A stretch of DNA of 64,000 bases, from the NCBI GenBank assembly GCA_019561615.1, contig JAHEQA010000029.1, forward strand, positions 1 through 64,000. Direction: 5' to 3'. Shown here piece after piece: positions 20,233 through 30,352 of the stretch. Within the stretch, counting starts at the first letter, position 1. Every line of letters starts with the position of its first letter. Origin of the DNA: Methanothermococcus sp. SCGC AD-155-E23 (GTDB taxonomy: Archaea > AGJL01 > Methanococci > Methanococcales > Methanococcaceae). Made by a program: the position numbers and the translations under genes. The notes under the pieces are model-generated. The model had not been told where the DNA came from, made no database searches, and saw only the letters and a list, made by a program, of their open reading frames with translations.

Positions 20233-21420
20233 ATGGATCCTACAAAGGGTATAAGGGGCTCAAAATCTAAAATACTGGAGGGAAAGAGGATAGTGGTTGG
20301 TGTGACAGCCTCCATAGGGGCTATAGAGACACCTAAGTTGATAAGGGAGCTTATAAGACATGGTGCAGAGGTTTATCCAGTGGCCACCCAGGAGTCCAGG
20401 GATATAATAGGGGAGTATGCCCTAGAGTTTGCCTCTGGAAAGAAGGTACACTACAACATTACAGGTCTTGTGGAGCATGTAACCCTCTACAACCTCTGCG
20501 ACGCCATGATAATATACCCAACAACTGCAAACACCCTCAGTAAAATAGCCCTGGGCATTGGAGACAATATAGTGAATACAACTGCCCTCATGTTCATGGA
20601 GAATAAACCTCTCTTTATAGCTCCAGGGATGCATGGAAACATGTGGCAAAATATAGGGGAACATGTGGAGAAGTTAAGGAGAAAGAGACTGGTATATGTT
20701 CTGCCACCAAGGATGGAGGAGGGAAAGGCCAAGGTGCCCTCTATAGAGGATGTAGTCTTAAAGGTTATGGAGGTGTTGAAGGGAGATTACAGGGAGGGTA
20801 AAAAAGTCTTAATACTCTCTGGAGCTACTGCCGAGTTTATAGATAGGGTTAGGGTTATTACCAACCTGTCCTCTGGGAAAACAGGGTACTACCTTGCAGA
20901 GGCTGCCGCTAGGGAGGGGCATCACGTAGAGGTGATACACGCCCTTGGAATGGAACCTCCCTACTACGTTAAGTCCCATAAGGTACTAACCTCCAGGGAG
21001 ATGTTGGATAAGGCCTTGGAAGTTGGAAGGGATGCCCAGGTAATTATCTCCTGTGCAGCTATTTCCGACTTCATCCCTGAGGTAACCTTTCCTGGAAAGA
21101 TAAAATCGGACAGGGATATTACCTTGAAATTGAAGAGAAATATAAAAGTAATTAAGGAGCTTAGGAAGGCATTCCCTGAAAAAACCATAGTAGGATTTAA
21201 GGCCGAGTACGGTGTAAGTAAGGAGAAACTTGTAGAGATAGGAAGGGAGAAGTTAAGGGAGTACGACCTGGACTACATCGTGGTGAACGATCTTGCAAAA
21301 CACTACTTCGGTGACGACTACAACGAGGTAATACTTATAGGCAAAGGTGGTGTAGTGAAGGAATTCAAAGGTAGAAAGTCTAAGATTATGGAAGGGATTG
21401 TTAAGGAAGTGGTGAGATAG
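20233..21420 (+). CDS. coaBC: Bifunctional phosphopantothenoylcysteine decarboxylase/ligase
   Basis: PTTANTLSKIALG, APGMH, DRVRVITNLSSGKTG, AAISDF, VGFKAE. Confidence 0.93.
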   Translation: MDPTKGIRGSKSKILEGKRIVVGVTASIGAIETPKLIRELIRHGAEVYPVATQESRDIIGEYALEFASGKKVHYNITGLVEHVTLYNLCDAMIIYPTTANTLSKIALGIGDNIVNTTALMFMENKPLFIAPGMHGNMWQNIGEHVEKLRRKRLVYVLPPRMEEGKAKVPSIEDVVLKVMEVLKGDYREGKKVLILSGATAEFIDRVRVITNLSSGKTGYYLAEAAAREGHHVEVIHALGMEPPYYVKSHKVLTSREMLDKALEVGRDAQVIISCAAISDFIPEVTFPGKIKSDRDITLKLKRNIKVIKELRKAFPEKTIVGFKAEYGVSKEKLVEIGREKLREYDLDYIVVNDLAKHYFGDDYNEVILIGKGGVVKEFKGRKSKIMEGIVKEVVR

Positions 21421-22494
21421 ATGGAGTTTTTAAAGGAGTTAAGAAGAGTATACCTTAAAAAGAGAAGGGAAAAGAACCCAAATCTACCTGTAAGTACCTG
21501 GATAGGTAAGGACATCCTATCTAACGGGAGGATTGGGAGGAGTATTACTGTAATACTCAATACACCTGGATGTAGATGGGCCTATGAGCATGGGGGCTGC
21601 ACCATGTGTGGCTACCTCATGGACAGCTCCCCTAAGGAGATAACCTCCCAACACCTAATAAACCAATTTAACTACGCCATTGAGAGGTACTGTAAAGAGA
21701 TAGAGGAAAATCCCAGGGACATCTGTATAAAGATATTCACTTCTGGAAGTTTCCTAGATGAGAGGGAGGTGCCAAGGGAGGCGAGGAGATATATACTTAA
21801 GAAGATAGGGGATTTAGGCATTGAGGAGGTGGTTATAGAGTCTAGACCTGAGTATATAAGAGAGGATACCTTGGAGGAGGTTAGGGAGTGTATAGGGGAT
21901 ATAAATATGGAGATAGGTGTGGGAGTTGAAACCTCCAACGAGGAGATAAGGAATTACTCCATACACAAGGGAATATCTAACAGGGATATCTTAAATGCCT
22001 TAGAGTTGGCCAGGAAGTACTCCATAGGCATGAAGGCCTACCTCCTGATAAAACCCCTCTTTATAACTGAGAGGGATGCACTAGTGGACAGTATACACTC
22101 AGGTAACTGGTGCCTGGAGGTGGGGTTTAACAGAATATCCTACTGTCCAGCAACTGTCCATAGGGGCACTTTAATGGAGATGCTCTGGAAGAAGATGCAG
22201 TACAGACCTCCCTTCCTATGGAGTGTCTTGGAGGTAATCTACAAGGTTAAGAGGAAGAATCCAGATTCTATAGTGATCTGTGATACCTCTGGAATACCCT
22301 CTGAGAGGGGAGCCCATAACCTGCTAAAATGCAAATGTAACAGGGAGATTAAGAGGGCACTTGAACACTTTACACTAAATCAGGATCTCTCAGATATTAA
22401 GAGGGTTTTGGAGATGGAGTGCTGTAAGGAGTACTGGGAGAGATTTCTGGAGTTTGAGGAGAGTAATATAGTACCCTTAGGAGAATACCTGTAA
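21421..22494 (+). CDS. Archaeosine biosynthesis radical SAM protein RaSEA
   Basis: GCRW-x5-GCTMCG, KIFTSGSFLD, ESRPEYI, YLLIKP, YRPPFLWS, RGAHN. Confidence 0.85.
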   Translation: MEFLKELRRVYLKKRREKNPNLPVSTWIGKDILSNGRIGRSITVILNTPGCRWAYEHGGCTMCGYLMDSSPKEITSQHLINQFNYAIERYCKEIEENPRDICIKIFTSGSFLDEREVPREARRYILKKIGDLGIEEVVIESRPEYIREDTLEEVRECIGDINMEIGVGVETSNEEIRNYSIHKGISNRDILNALELARKYSIGMKAYLLIKPLFITERDALVDSIHSGNWCLEVGFNRISYCPATVHRGTLMEMLWKKMQYRPPFLWSVLEVIYKVKRKNPDSIVICDTSGIPSERGAHNLLKCKCNREIKRALEHFTLNQDLSDIKRVLEMECCKEYWERFLEFEESNIVPLGEYL

Positions 22495-22505
22495 TAGGTG
22501 AAGAG

Positions 22506-23156
22506 ATGGTTAAGTTGATGTTGGCCCTAGATGTAACAGATGAAAAAAGAGCCATAGAGATTGCCAGGGAAGTCTCCCCATATATTGACGCCGTAAAGGT
22601 AGGTTATCCCCTGGTGTTGTCCTCCCGTCTAGGTATAGTAGGGGAGATTAAGGACGTTACAGGGAAGGAGGTTATATGTGATTTTAAGTTGGCTGATATA
22701 CCCTCTACCAACGAGAAGATAGCCTCTCTAGCCTTGAGATATGGGGATGGTATTATATGTCATGGGTTCCTTGGGGAGGACAGTGTAAGGGCGGTACAGG
22801 AGGTGGCTAGAAGATACGGTGAATATAAAAAGGTGATAATGGTTACAGAGATGTCCCACAGGGGGGCACTTCAATTTCTACAGCCAGTTGCAGATAAGTT
22901 AGCCAAGATGGCTAAGAGGTTAAAGGTAGATGGTGTAGTGGCACCCTCAACTAGACCTGAGAGGTTGAAGACCATAAAGGACATTGTTGGAGACATACCT
23001 GTAATGTCTCCAGGGATAGGTGCCCAGGGTGGGGATCTAAATAGAGTACTGGATATCTTAGAGGAGGAGGACTATATAATTGTAGGGAGAGATATATACG
23101 AGAGTGAAAACCCTGCTAAAAGGGCAAAGTACTACTACCACTTATTAAGGGACTAA
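22506..23156 (+). CDS. pyrF: Orotidine 5'-phosphate decarboxylase
   Basis: LALD, DFKLADIPST, PGIGAQGG, IVGR. Confidence 0.96.
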   Translation: MVKLMLALDVTDEKRAIEIAREVSPYIDAVKVGYPLVLSSRLGIVGEIKDVTGKEVICDFKLADIPSTNEKIASLALRYGDGIICHGFLGEDSVRAVQEVARRYGEYKKVIMVTEMSHRGALQFLQPVADKLAKMAKRLKVDGVVAPSTRPERLKTIKDIVGDIPVMSPGIGAQGGDLNRVLDILEEEDYIIVGRDIYESENPAKRAKYYYHLLRD

Positions 23157-23157
23157 G

Positions 23158-23418
23158 GTGATAGGAATGGAGAAAAAGATAGTTGGTGTTAGTAACAGTA
23201 TTATCATAAAGTCAATGAAAGATGTCTTTGAAAGTGAAATTGTTGAGTTGGAGAGGGAGTTGAAGGAACTTTATAATAAGTACAACGTAAGAAGTAGTGC
23301 AGAGATGTCCTGTAAAGACGAGGAGATGGAGAGGGATTACAAGAGGATGGTGGAGATAGAGGAGGAGTTGGAGGCCTTGAGAAAATGTCTAAGGGATCTT
23401 AAACTTAAGACACTCTAA
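23158..23418 (+). CDS. Small conserved hypothetical coiled-coil protein
   Basis: 86-aa ORF tightly packed inside the operon. Confidence 0.65.
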   Translation: MIGMEKKIVGVSNSIIIKSMKDVFESEIVELERELKELYNKYNVRSSAEMSCKDEEMERDYKRMVEIEEELEALRKCLRDLKLKTL

Positions 23419-23428
23419 GGATGGGAGG

Positions 23429-24148
23429 ATGAAGGTTGTTATAACCAGACCTCTTGAGGAGGGGAGGAGGTTTGCCCAGTTGTTGAAGGAGGCAGGTAAC
23501 TTTGAACCAGTACTTCTACCTACCTTGGAAATAGTATTCAGGGATGTAGACATAGATATAGGGAAGTATCAGTGGATAGTTTTTACAAGTCCCAGGGGTG
23601 TAAGGGGCCTATTTAGAAACCTAGATAAGGAGGGATTGAGGGAGATTAAGGATAAAAGAATAGGGGCAATAGGTAGGGAAACTGCAAGGGAGTTTAAGAG
23701 GGTATTTAACAGGGATGTGGATGTGGTACCTGATAGATATACAGCTGAGGATCTCTTGAAGGTGTTAAAGGGGTTAGTTGGAGATGGAAGGGTGTTGATC
23801 CCCACCACACCTGCAACTAGGGATGTACTCTCAAGGTATCTAAAGGGGGATGTTGTATACGTCTATCACTCCAAGGAGCCTGAGGATTTAAGGTATAGGA
23901 TTAAGAGGTTAAAGAGTGATCTGTTGAAGGAGGATGAGAAGGCTGTCTTTACCTTTACCAGTGGCTTAACAGTTAAAAACTTTTTTAAAAACCTAGATGA
24001 TGGATTTTTAGAGATACTAAGGGACCACTATATAGTATCCATAGGTCCTGTTACCAACAAGGTTGTGGAGAGCTATGGATTTAAGGGGTATATTCCCAGA
24101 GAGTATACTGTTAGAGGTATGATTGAGGTTATAAAATCCCTGAGGTGA
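23429..24148 (+). CDS. hemD: Uroporphyrinogen-III synthase
   Basis: VITRP, FTSPRGV, AIGRETA, FTSGLTV, SIGPVT. Confidence 0.9.
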   Translation: MKVVITRPLEEGRRFAQLLKEAGNFEPVLLPTLEIVFRDVDIDIGKYQWIVFTSPRGVRGLFRNLDKEGLREIKDKRIGAIGRETAREFKRVFNRDVDVVPDRYTAEDLLKVLKGLVGDGRVLIPTTPATRDVLSRYLKGDVVYVYHSKEPEDLRYRIKRLKSDLLKEDEKAVFTFTSGLTVKNFFKNLDDGFLEILRDHYIVSIGPVTNKVVESYGFKGYIPREYTVRGMIEVIKSLR

Positions 24149-24152
24149 TAGG

Positions 24153-24683
24153 ATGAAGATAGGAATCCTCTCAGATACCCACGACTACCTCCCTAATATA
24201 AGGAAGGCCATAGATCTATTTAATAAGGAGAAGGTGGAGATGTTGATACACTGTGGTGACTTTGTATCCCTCTTCGTTATAAAGGAGTTTAAAGATTTTA
24301 AGGGTAAGATATTGGCAACTTACGGTAACAACGACGGAGAGAGGACAAAACTTAAGGAGTGGTTAAAGGAGTTAAACCCTGAGAACGAAATAGATGACTA
24401 CTTAACCTTTGAGATAGACCATCTAAAGTTCTTTGTCCTCCATGGCACAAACAGTGAGGTCTTAGATGCAATAATAAGGTCTAGGAAGTATGACGTTGTA
24501 ATATACGGCCATACCCATAAGAGGGTATTTAAGGAGGAGGATGGAGTACTGGTGATAAATCCAGGTGAGTGCTGTGGTTACTTAAGTGGTACTGCCACCG
24601 TCGGTGTATTTGACACTGAGACTAAGGAGTACAGGGAGTTTGTACTTAAAGGTGGAAGCCTTGAAGTTGGTGATAGGGAGTAG
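24153..24683 (+). CDS. YfcE/MJ0936-family metallophosphoesterase
   Basis: SDTH, HCGD, GNND, HG, GHTH, NPGE. Confidence 0.92.
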   Translation: MKIGILSDTHDYLPNIRKAIDLFNKEKVEMLIHCGDFVSLFVIKEFKDFKGKILATYGNNDGERTKLKEWLKELNPENEIDDYLTFEIDHLKFFVLHGTNSEVLDAIIRSRKYDVVIYGHTHKRVFKEEDGVLVINPGECCGYLSGTATVGVFDTETKEYREFVLKGGSLEVGDRE

Positions 24684-25566
24684 GGGGAGTAAATTAGCCC
24701 TGGCCCAGACCTACTATGTAAAAAGTCTCCTGGAGAGGATAGATGAGAACCTGGAAATTGAGATAAAGGTGGTGAAAACTAAGGGGGATATAAATCAGAG
24801 GGCTCCCATATCCCAGCTGGGACTAGGTGTATTTACCAAGGAGTTAGATATCAAGATGTTGGAAGGTGAGATAGATATAGCGGTACATAGTTTAAAGGAT
24901 GTGCCTACTCTATGGAACAGGGATCTTACAATAGCTGCAACCCCAGAAAGGGAGAGCTATCACGATATAATGGTATACAGGGGAGATGGGGAGATAGGGG
25001 AGGGTTTTGTAGTGGGTACCTCCAGTGTTAGAAGGAGGGCCTTCCTATCCCTTAAATATCCAGGGATAAGGGTAGTCCCTTTAAGGGGAAACCTAGACAC
25101 CAGGTTAAAAAAGTTGAGGGATGGGAAGTATCAAGGTATAGTGGTGGCTGAGGCTGGTTTAAGGAGACTTAAAATAGATTTAGAGGCTTTAAATTTAAAT
25201 TACAGGAGGTTGAACATCCCACCTGCACCGGCCCAGGGTGTTATAGGGGTGGCTGCCAGGAGGGAGGATAGGGAGATTATAAAACTACTTAAGAAGATAA
25301 ACCATGGTAAAACATACCTAGAGGCCACTGCAGAGAGATGGGCACTAAGGACATATGGAGGAGGTTGCCAGGCACCTTTTGGAGCCCTTGCACTATATAA
25401 CGATAAAAAGAGGGAACTTCATCTCACCTGTAGTGTAGTGGATTTAGAAAAGAGGAGGGTGTTAATGGAGAGAGGTAGTAGAAGGTGTGATGTAGAGGAT
25501 ATAGAAGGTGCTAAGAAGTTGGCAAGATACTTGGGGAGTAAGTTAAGAGAAAAAATAGTGAACTAG
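24661..25566 (+). CDS. hemC: Hydroxymethylbilane synthase (porphobilinogen deaminase)
   Basis: GSRGSKLALAQ, VHSLKD, GTSSVRR, RGNLDTR, GGCQAP; likely TTG start at 24661. Confidence 0.93.
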   Translation: MKLVIGSRGSKLALAQTYYVKSLLERIDENLEIEIKVVKTKGDINQRAPISQLGLGVFTKELDIKMLEGEIDIAVHSLKDVPTLWNRDLTIAATPERESYHDIMVYRGDGEIGEGFVVGTSSVRRRAFLSLKYPGIRVVPLRGNLDTRLKKLRDGKYQGIVVAEAGLRRLKIDLEALNLNYRRLNIPPAPAQGVIGVAARREDREIIKLLKKINHGKTYLEATAERWALRTYGGGCQAPFGALALYNDKKRELHLTCSVVDLEKRRVLMERGSRRCDVEDIEGAKKLARYLGSKLREKIVN

Positions 25567-25569
25567 GTC

Positions 25570-25848
25570 TTACTTCTTCTCCTTTGAGAGTACTATCTCT
25601 ATGGTTGAAACGTTAAGTGTCCTACCGTCCTCACTTTTTACCTTCTCAGTTCCCAACTTTACATCCTCCACCTTTACATCTGGTAGAAACCTGTTCCTTA
25701 CCATCTCCTCCACGTCTACAGCTTTACTTATAGCCTTACCCCTGGCCTTTATTACAACCTTGTCCACGTTCTCCACGTTGAACTGTGTTAGTACTGCAAG
25801 GACGTAGTTCATTACACTCTTTTTACCTACAAATACCGTCCCTATCAT
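25570..25848 (-). CDS. albA: Chromatin protein Alba
   Basis: [30 protein letters not shown]. Confidence 0.95.
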   Translation of the reverse strand: MIGTVFVGKKSVMNYVLAVLTQFNVENVDKVVIKARGKAISKAVDVEEMVRNRFLPDVKVEDVKLGTEKVKSEDGRTLNVSTIEIVLSKEKK

Positions 25849-25917
25849 AGGTTAATCCCTCACTGTTCTTTTAAAGATTGGGGATAATAAATATTTCTTG
25901 CTATTTATATATTTTTA

Positions 25918-26532
25918 TCAGCTCTTTGTCCTCTTTACCCTTCTCCTTGATCTCTTCCTACCCTTAGAGGTTAGGGATGAGGAAGGCATATGGAAGATAC
26001 TAGATTTTAACTCCTCCTCTATAAACCTTATCTGATTTTTAAGTAACTCTATATCCTTACTGTTGTCGTACTCCTTGAGTGTTCCACCACAGTGGGGACA
26101 TCTAAATCCAAAGTCCATTGCCTCATCAAAGATATATTTAATCTCACACCTTGGACAGTAAAAGAACATGTTTTTCTCTTCAATTGCCAGTTGCTCTTTA
26201 AGTTTTTTCAACATCTCCTGAGCTCTCTTCTTTACAATCCAGGGTAGTTTATCCAATGTAGGTTTCCAGGTGTAGGTATACCAGTTGATATCCTCCTCCT
26301 TCTCCCTGTTGTAATCAACAAGTCTTGCATCGTAGAGTTTATAGAGTATCTTCCTCACAGTGTTTAACTTCATATTCAGTCGTCTAGATATCTCGTCGTC
26401 AGTAGCCTCCCCTAGATCTATAAGTGTGGAAAGTACATCTAGCCCTTCTATGTTATCCTCCAGTATATCAAGAAGTACCTGTTGAACTAAAGGGTTCTCT
26501 AGTATCTGGTATAATTTTTTCCTGGCTGCCAT
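25918..26532 (-). CDS. tfe: Transcription factor E alpha
   Basis: Winged helix (TDDEIS...VRKILYKLY) plus zinc ribbon CPRC...CPHC. Confidence 0.93.
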   Translation of the reverse strand: MAARKKLYQILENPLVQQVLLDILEDNIEGLDVLSTLIDLGEATDDEISRRLNMKLNTVRKILYKLYDARLVDYNREKEEDINWYTYTWKPTLDKLPWIVKKRAQEMLKKLKEQLAIEEKNMFFYCPRCEIKYIFDEAMDFGFRCPHCGGTLKEYDNSKDIELLKNQIRFIEEELKSSIFHMPSSSLTSKGRKRSRRRVKRTKS

Positions 26533-27629
26533 GGAACCACCATCTTCCAGATCTCCTCTGCTGTCCTTTCAATCTCCTCCATGTTCCTTCCAATTATGGT
26601 AACTAGAGGTTCTCCCTTCTCAATTACGGCACCGTACTTGGGAATGTCGGCGATGTTCTCCCTCTTTCTTATATAGGAGATCACCCTCCTATCTGCACAC
26701 AGGATCTTTTTAATGTACTGTCTAACAGGTTTGAGATTTAGAGGTCTCCCCCTCTCTACACTCTCTAAAATACATCTAACAAGGTTACACTGGAGAGCCA
26801 ATTCCACAGTTTCAAAGGTTCCCGGTATCCGTGGGTTGATCTCAACAACCACTGGAAGCCTATCTTTTACCATAAAGTCAATACCGTTCATTCCCTTTAA
26901 ATCAAAAAATTCAATAATCTCCTCGAATAACCTTTTGGCGTATTCCACATCCAAGAGTTTCTCTAGGTTGTAGGGAGTGATACATCCAAAGTAACTGTTA
27001 TTTTCAACGATCTGTTTGTTGAAGGTGATGAACTCCCTACCTATGTAGGCTACACTGAAACTTTCAGAGGGAATGTACTCCTGTACTAGACAGGGGTACT
27101 TCAAATTTTTTAGCAAATCATAATATTTGTCGTCATCCATATTTAAAGATATGGTGATAACACCTCTACCTCCATGACCGTAGATAGGTTTTACCACCAC
27201 CTTCCCGTACTCCTGGAGATATCTCTCCAACTGCTGAGGGTTATGGACCATATGTGTTTCAGGAACTGGACATCCCAAGTTCTCCAACTTCTTGGTGACA
27301 TAGTACTTGTTACTTAACATCTTTATCTTCTTAGGGGGATTACCAACAACATCCCAGTTAGGGGTTTTAGAGTTCTCATACTCAAATACCCCAGAGCAGA
27401 TAAAGATGTAGTCCACCTCATCCACGTATTTCTCTGCACACTCTATTAACTTCATACTGTCGTAGTTCTCACTGAAACGCCCATGATACATATCGTTTAT
27501 AAAGTATTCCTTCACATCAGCCTCAAGATCTACAGGGTTGTAGTAGGAGACTGAATAAACCTTGTATCCCAACCTCTTTGCAGAATTTGCCACTGGACGT
27601 GTGTTAATACCTACTACCAGTACCTTCAT
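26499..27629 (-). CDS. ATP-grasp domain protein
   Basis: [22 protein letters not shown]; 3' end overlaps the tfe start. Confidence 0.85.
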   Translation of the reverse strand: MKVLVVGINTRPVANSAKRLGYKVYSVSYYNPVDLEADVKEYFINDMYHGRFSENYDSMKLIECAEKYVDEVDYIFICSGVFEYENSKTPNWDVVGNPPKKIKMLSNKYYVTKKLENLGCPVPETHMVHNPQQLERYLQEYGKVVVKPIYGHGGRGVITISLNMDDDKYYDLLKNLKYPCLVQEYIPSESFSVAYIGREFITFNKQIVENNSYFGCITPYNLEKLLDVEYAKRLFEEIIEFFDLKGMNGIDFMVKDRLPVVVEINPRIPGTFETVELALQCNLVRCILESVERGRPLNLKPVRQYIKKILCADRRVISYIRKRENIADIPKYGAVIEKGEPLVTIIGRNMEEIERTAEEIWKMVVPWQPGKNYTRY

Positions 27630-27818
27630 ATCCACCACTACTTAAAAAATTATAAAAAAATATTTATAGCAAGAAGTCCCATATTATAAGGATAGGCCTA
27701 GGATAGAGTCCAATTTTTTGATCACCTAGGTTATTTTTGTCCCTCTTATTTTATATTCATTTACTAAGGGTAAGGAGAGTATCTTCTATCTTTTTTAAAA
27801 TTTACAAGGGAGATCTCT

Positions 27819-28871
27819 ATGGATCCCCTGGAGGTTATGGAGAGATCTATCAAGGCCTACAAATTAACTACTAAATACCATGGAAACTTTGTTGACTTGA
27901 AGAGAGCTCTTTTCCTAGGGTGGTACTGCGATCTTGAGAAACCCTGTAAGTTCTGCTATATGTCCACCCAGAAGGAGAGGATAAAGGATCCTAAATCTGC
28001 CAGGAGGCGATTGGAGAGTATCCTGGCAGAGGCTGTACTTATGAAGAGGATAGGCTGGAAGTTGGAGTTTATCTCTGGTGGTTATGGATATACAACTGAG
28101 GAGTTAAATAGAATCGTGGAGTTAGTTGCATACCTTCAAAGATCTAAACAGTATCTAAACGTTGGTATTGTAGACTTTGAACAGTTAAACCTAGATGTAA
28201 TAGAGGGTATTGTTGGGGCTGTGGAAACTGTAAATGAGGAGCTCCATAGATACCTCTGTCCCCAGAAACCCCTTGATAAGACAAAGGAGATGTTGTTAAA
28301 GGCTAAGGAGTACAACTTGAAAACTGGTATAACTATTATACTAGGTTTAGGGGAGAAAGAGGAGGATATAGAGAAACTCTTAAATCTAATAGAGGAGTTG
28401 GATCTAGACAGGATAACCTTCTACTCCCTAAACCCCCAGAAGGGAACCATCTTTGAAAATAAGAGTTCTATTACTACCCTGGAGTACATGAACTGGGTCT
28501 CCACAGTTAGACTTAACTTCCCAAAGATAGAGATAATTACAGGGACCTGGGTGGATAAACTTAGCAACATAGGTCCCCTTATAATGAGTGGTTCCAACAC
28601 CATTACAAAGTTCCCCCTCTTCCGTATCTATGGAAGGAGGGAGGGTATTACGGTGGAGAAGGAGATAAGATCTACAGGAAGGGAGTTGTTGGGAACCTTT
28701 TCAGATCTAGAGGTGCTCAAGGGGACTAAAAAACTTGAGAATACTCCCTATGTAGATGAGGAGATAGTTATCAGTGAGGAGAGTATGAGACTCTTGGAGT
28801 CTCTAAAGGATGCCATCAATAAAAAAATAGAGGAGTATGTGTCAGGAATTTTGAAGAGGGCTGTTTTATAG
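27819..28871 (+). CDS. Biotin-synthase-related radical SAM protein
   Basis: CDLEKPCKFC (CX5CX2C), GITIILGLGE, LNPQKGT. Confidence 0.75.
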   Translation: MDPLEVMERSIKAYKLTTKYHGNFVDLKRALFLGWYCDLEKPCKFCYMSTQKERIKDPKSARRRLESILAEAVLMKRIGWKLEFISGGYGYTTEELNRIVELVAYLQRSKQYLNVGIVDFEQLNLDVIEGIVGAVETVNEELHRYLCPQKPLDKTKEMLLKAKEYNLKTGITIILGLGEKEEDIEKLLNLIEELDLDRITFYSLNPQKGTIFENKSSITTLEYMNWVSTVRLNFPKIEIITGTWVDKLSNIGPLIMSGSNTITKFPLFRIYGRREGITVEKEIRSTGRELLGTFSDLEVLKGTKKLENTPYVDEEIVISEESMRLLESLKDAINKKIEEYVSGILKRAVL

Positions 28872-28892
28872 GATTGTAACATTTAGATATCC

Positions 28893-29008
28893 TCGATATG
28901 TGGGGGACTTAAGCCCGAATGGTTACAGGTATTCCCCTGAAGATGTGGAGAGTTCCTCTTCCCCCGAAAGCCCTCAGATAAGAGGGAAGGTTATCCGCTA
29001 CGATATTT
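28893..29008 (+). mobile_element. Probable degenerate 3' remnant of an IS200/IS605-family tnpB (omega-RNA-overlapping region)
   Basis: Frameshifted fragments ICGG/DLSPNGYR and LKMWRVPLP/ESPQIRGKVIRYDIY resemble my recollection of archaeal TnpB C-termini; GC-rich with stem CCCTC/GAGGG. Confidence 0.65.
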
Positions 29009-29411
29009 ATTCCCACTCTATACGGATAGTATTCTCATCTACTTTTTCCAGATGTACTCTAATTACTTGTAGATTTTCTACCTGATATTCAGTATTATCA
29101 GATTCTAAATTTACACTGCAGCTTGTGGATATTTCAAACCCTTCACCTTCGAAGGTAATACCTCTATCCTCTATCCTCCAGATTCCAGGAGGACTTTTTA
29201 TATACACAACCTTTTTAGATCCTACATCCAGTACAGATAACATCTCTATGTTTGTCTTAAGTTTAGAGAGGGCTCCATGCCCCAGGCTTGCATAGGAGGT
29301 AATTGTTACTTTTTTAAATCCATAGAGACCTGGAGTGATAGTAGATATAAGTACTACAACTATCATGGCAAGAAGAAGTAGAGAGAACTCCAGGGAGATC
29401 TGTCCCCTCAT
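29007..29411 (-). CDS. Class III signal peptide (type IV pilin-like) protein
   Basis: MRG/QISLEF followed by a hydrophobic helix (EppA-type prepilin pattern, Q+1 and E+5). Confidence 0.85.
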   Translation of the reverse strand: MRGQISLEFSLLLLAMIVVVLISTITPGLYGFKKVTITSYASLGHGALSKLKTNIEMLSVLDVGSKKVVYIKSPPGIWRIEDRGITFEGEGFEISTSCSVNLESDNTEYQVENLQVIRVHLEKVDENTIRIEWE

Positions 29412-29424
29412 AAAAAAGACACCT

Positions 29425-30348
29425 TTAATACTTGTACATCACATAGGCGAACTCTAAGGCTTTCATATCCCCATCATCTGTGGTAAATACCATGGCAGGG
29501 ACGTCAAAGGGTCTTAAATTTAAATCTTTATCTACAAAGTCCCTGTTTCTCTCAGGTATTAAGGCATCGTCAACACTAGGTATAAAAGGACTGCTCATTA
29601 AGTTATGAAGTTCAGAACCTTTTTCTAAAACTGCTATTTCACGTCTCTCGTCATATAACTTATGATGTTTCTCTATATAATCATTATAGGAATTCACCCA
29701 TATATCTACATCGTGCCTCCCAAGAAGTTTATGAAATTTATCGTAATTTTTCAAAACCAGGGGAGCGGGAATAACCATACTTAATACATCAGTATCAGGT
29801 TTTTTTACAATTTTTCCATGGACAACAAGTCTGTAATTACCTATTTTAACACCGTATTTATAGATATAGTTCTCTAGTAAAAAGTCGTCAATTACCCAGG
29901 TGGTATTCACCAGCACAGGTCCTATAACTTTAAACTTGTTGGGCATTACTGTAGTACTTATATTATATATGAAGATACCATGCTTACAGACCTTTACTGT
30001 GGTATATGGTGGGATCCAAATACCCCTCTCTCCATTAACTACTACCATATCTCTATCCACATAGGTAGCGACTACTCCCGATACATTTACCTTCTTGAAA
30101 TCCTTATAATACTTTAAAGATTTGTTGTAACATTCTATTGCCTCTGGTATAGCCACAAATACTGTATATGGGTTCGTATTTGTAATCTCAAAGGATAATT
30201 TCCAGTTCCCATAGATCTGACATAAAGTCTTATTTTCAGGTGAGACTACATCTATCTTAATATTCTCAGGTATTAGTTCTTCTAAATTATTTTCTGCATG
30301 CACCTGTAATATAAAAAATAAAAATATTAAAAAGACAAGTCTTCTCAT
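29425..30348 (-). CDS. Secreted hypothetical protein, probably pilus-associated
   Basis: Signal peptide MRRLVFLIFLFFILQVHA; co-oriented between the DUF515-like gene and the pilin gene. Confidence 0.65.
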   Translation of the reverse strand: MRRLVFLIFLFFILQVHAENNLEELIPENIKIDVVSPENKTLCQIYGNWKLSFEITNTNPYTVFVAIPEAIECYNKSLKYYKDFKKVNVSGVVATYVDRDMVVVNGERGIWIPPYTTVKVCKHGIFIYNISTTVMPNKFKVIGPVLVNTTWVIDDFLLENYIYKYGVKIGNYRLVVHGKIVKKPDTDVLSMVIPAPLVLKNYDKFHKLLGRHDVDIWVNSYNDYIEKHHKLYDERREIAVLEKGSELHNLMSSPFIPSVDDALIPERNRDFVDKDLNLRPFDVPAMVFTTDDGDMKALEFAYVMYKY

Positions 30349-30352
30349 GTTA

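Noticed and set aside
27640-27818. Possible small ORF or remnant between the ATP-grasp and radical SAM genes (GGTGA then TTG on the - strand)
   Set aside because: It stops after 9 codons; more simply a divergent promoter region.
28900-29085. 61-aa + strand ORF
   Set aside because: Better explained as frameshifted tnpB-like remnant sequence reading into the antisense strand of the pilin gene.
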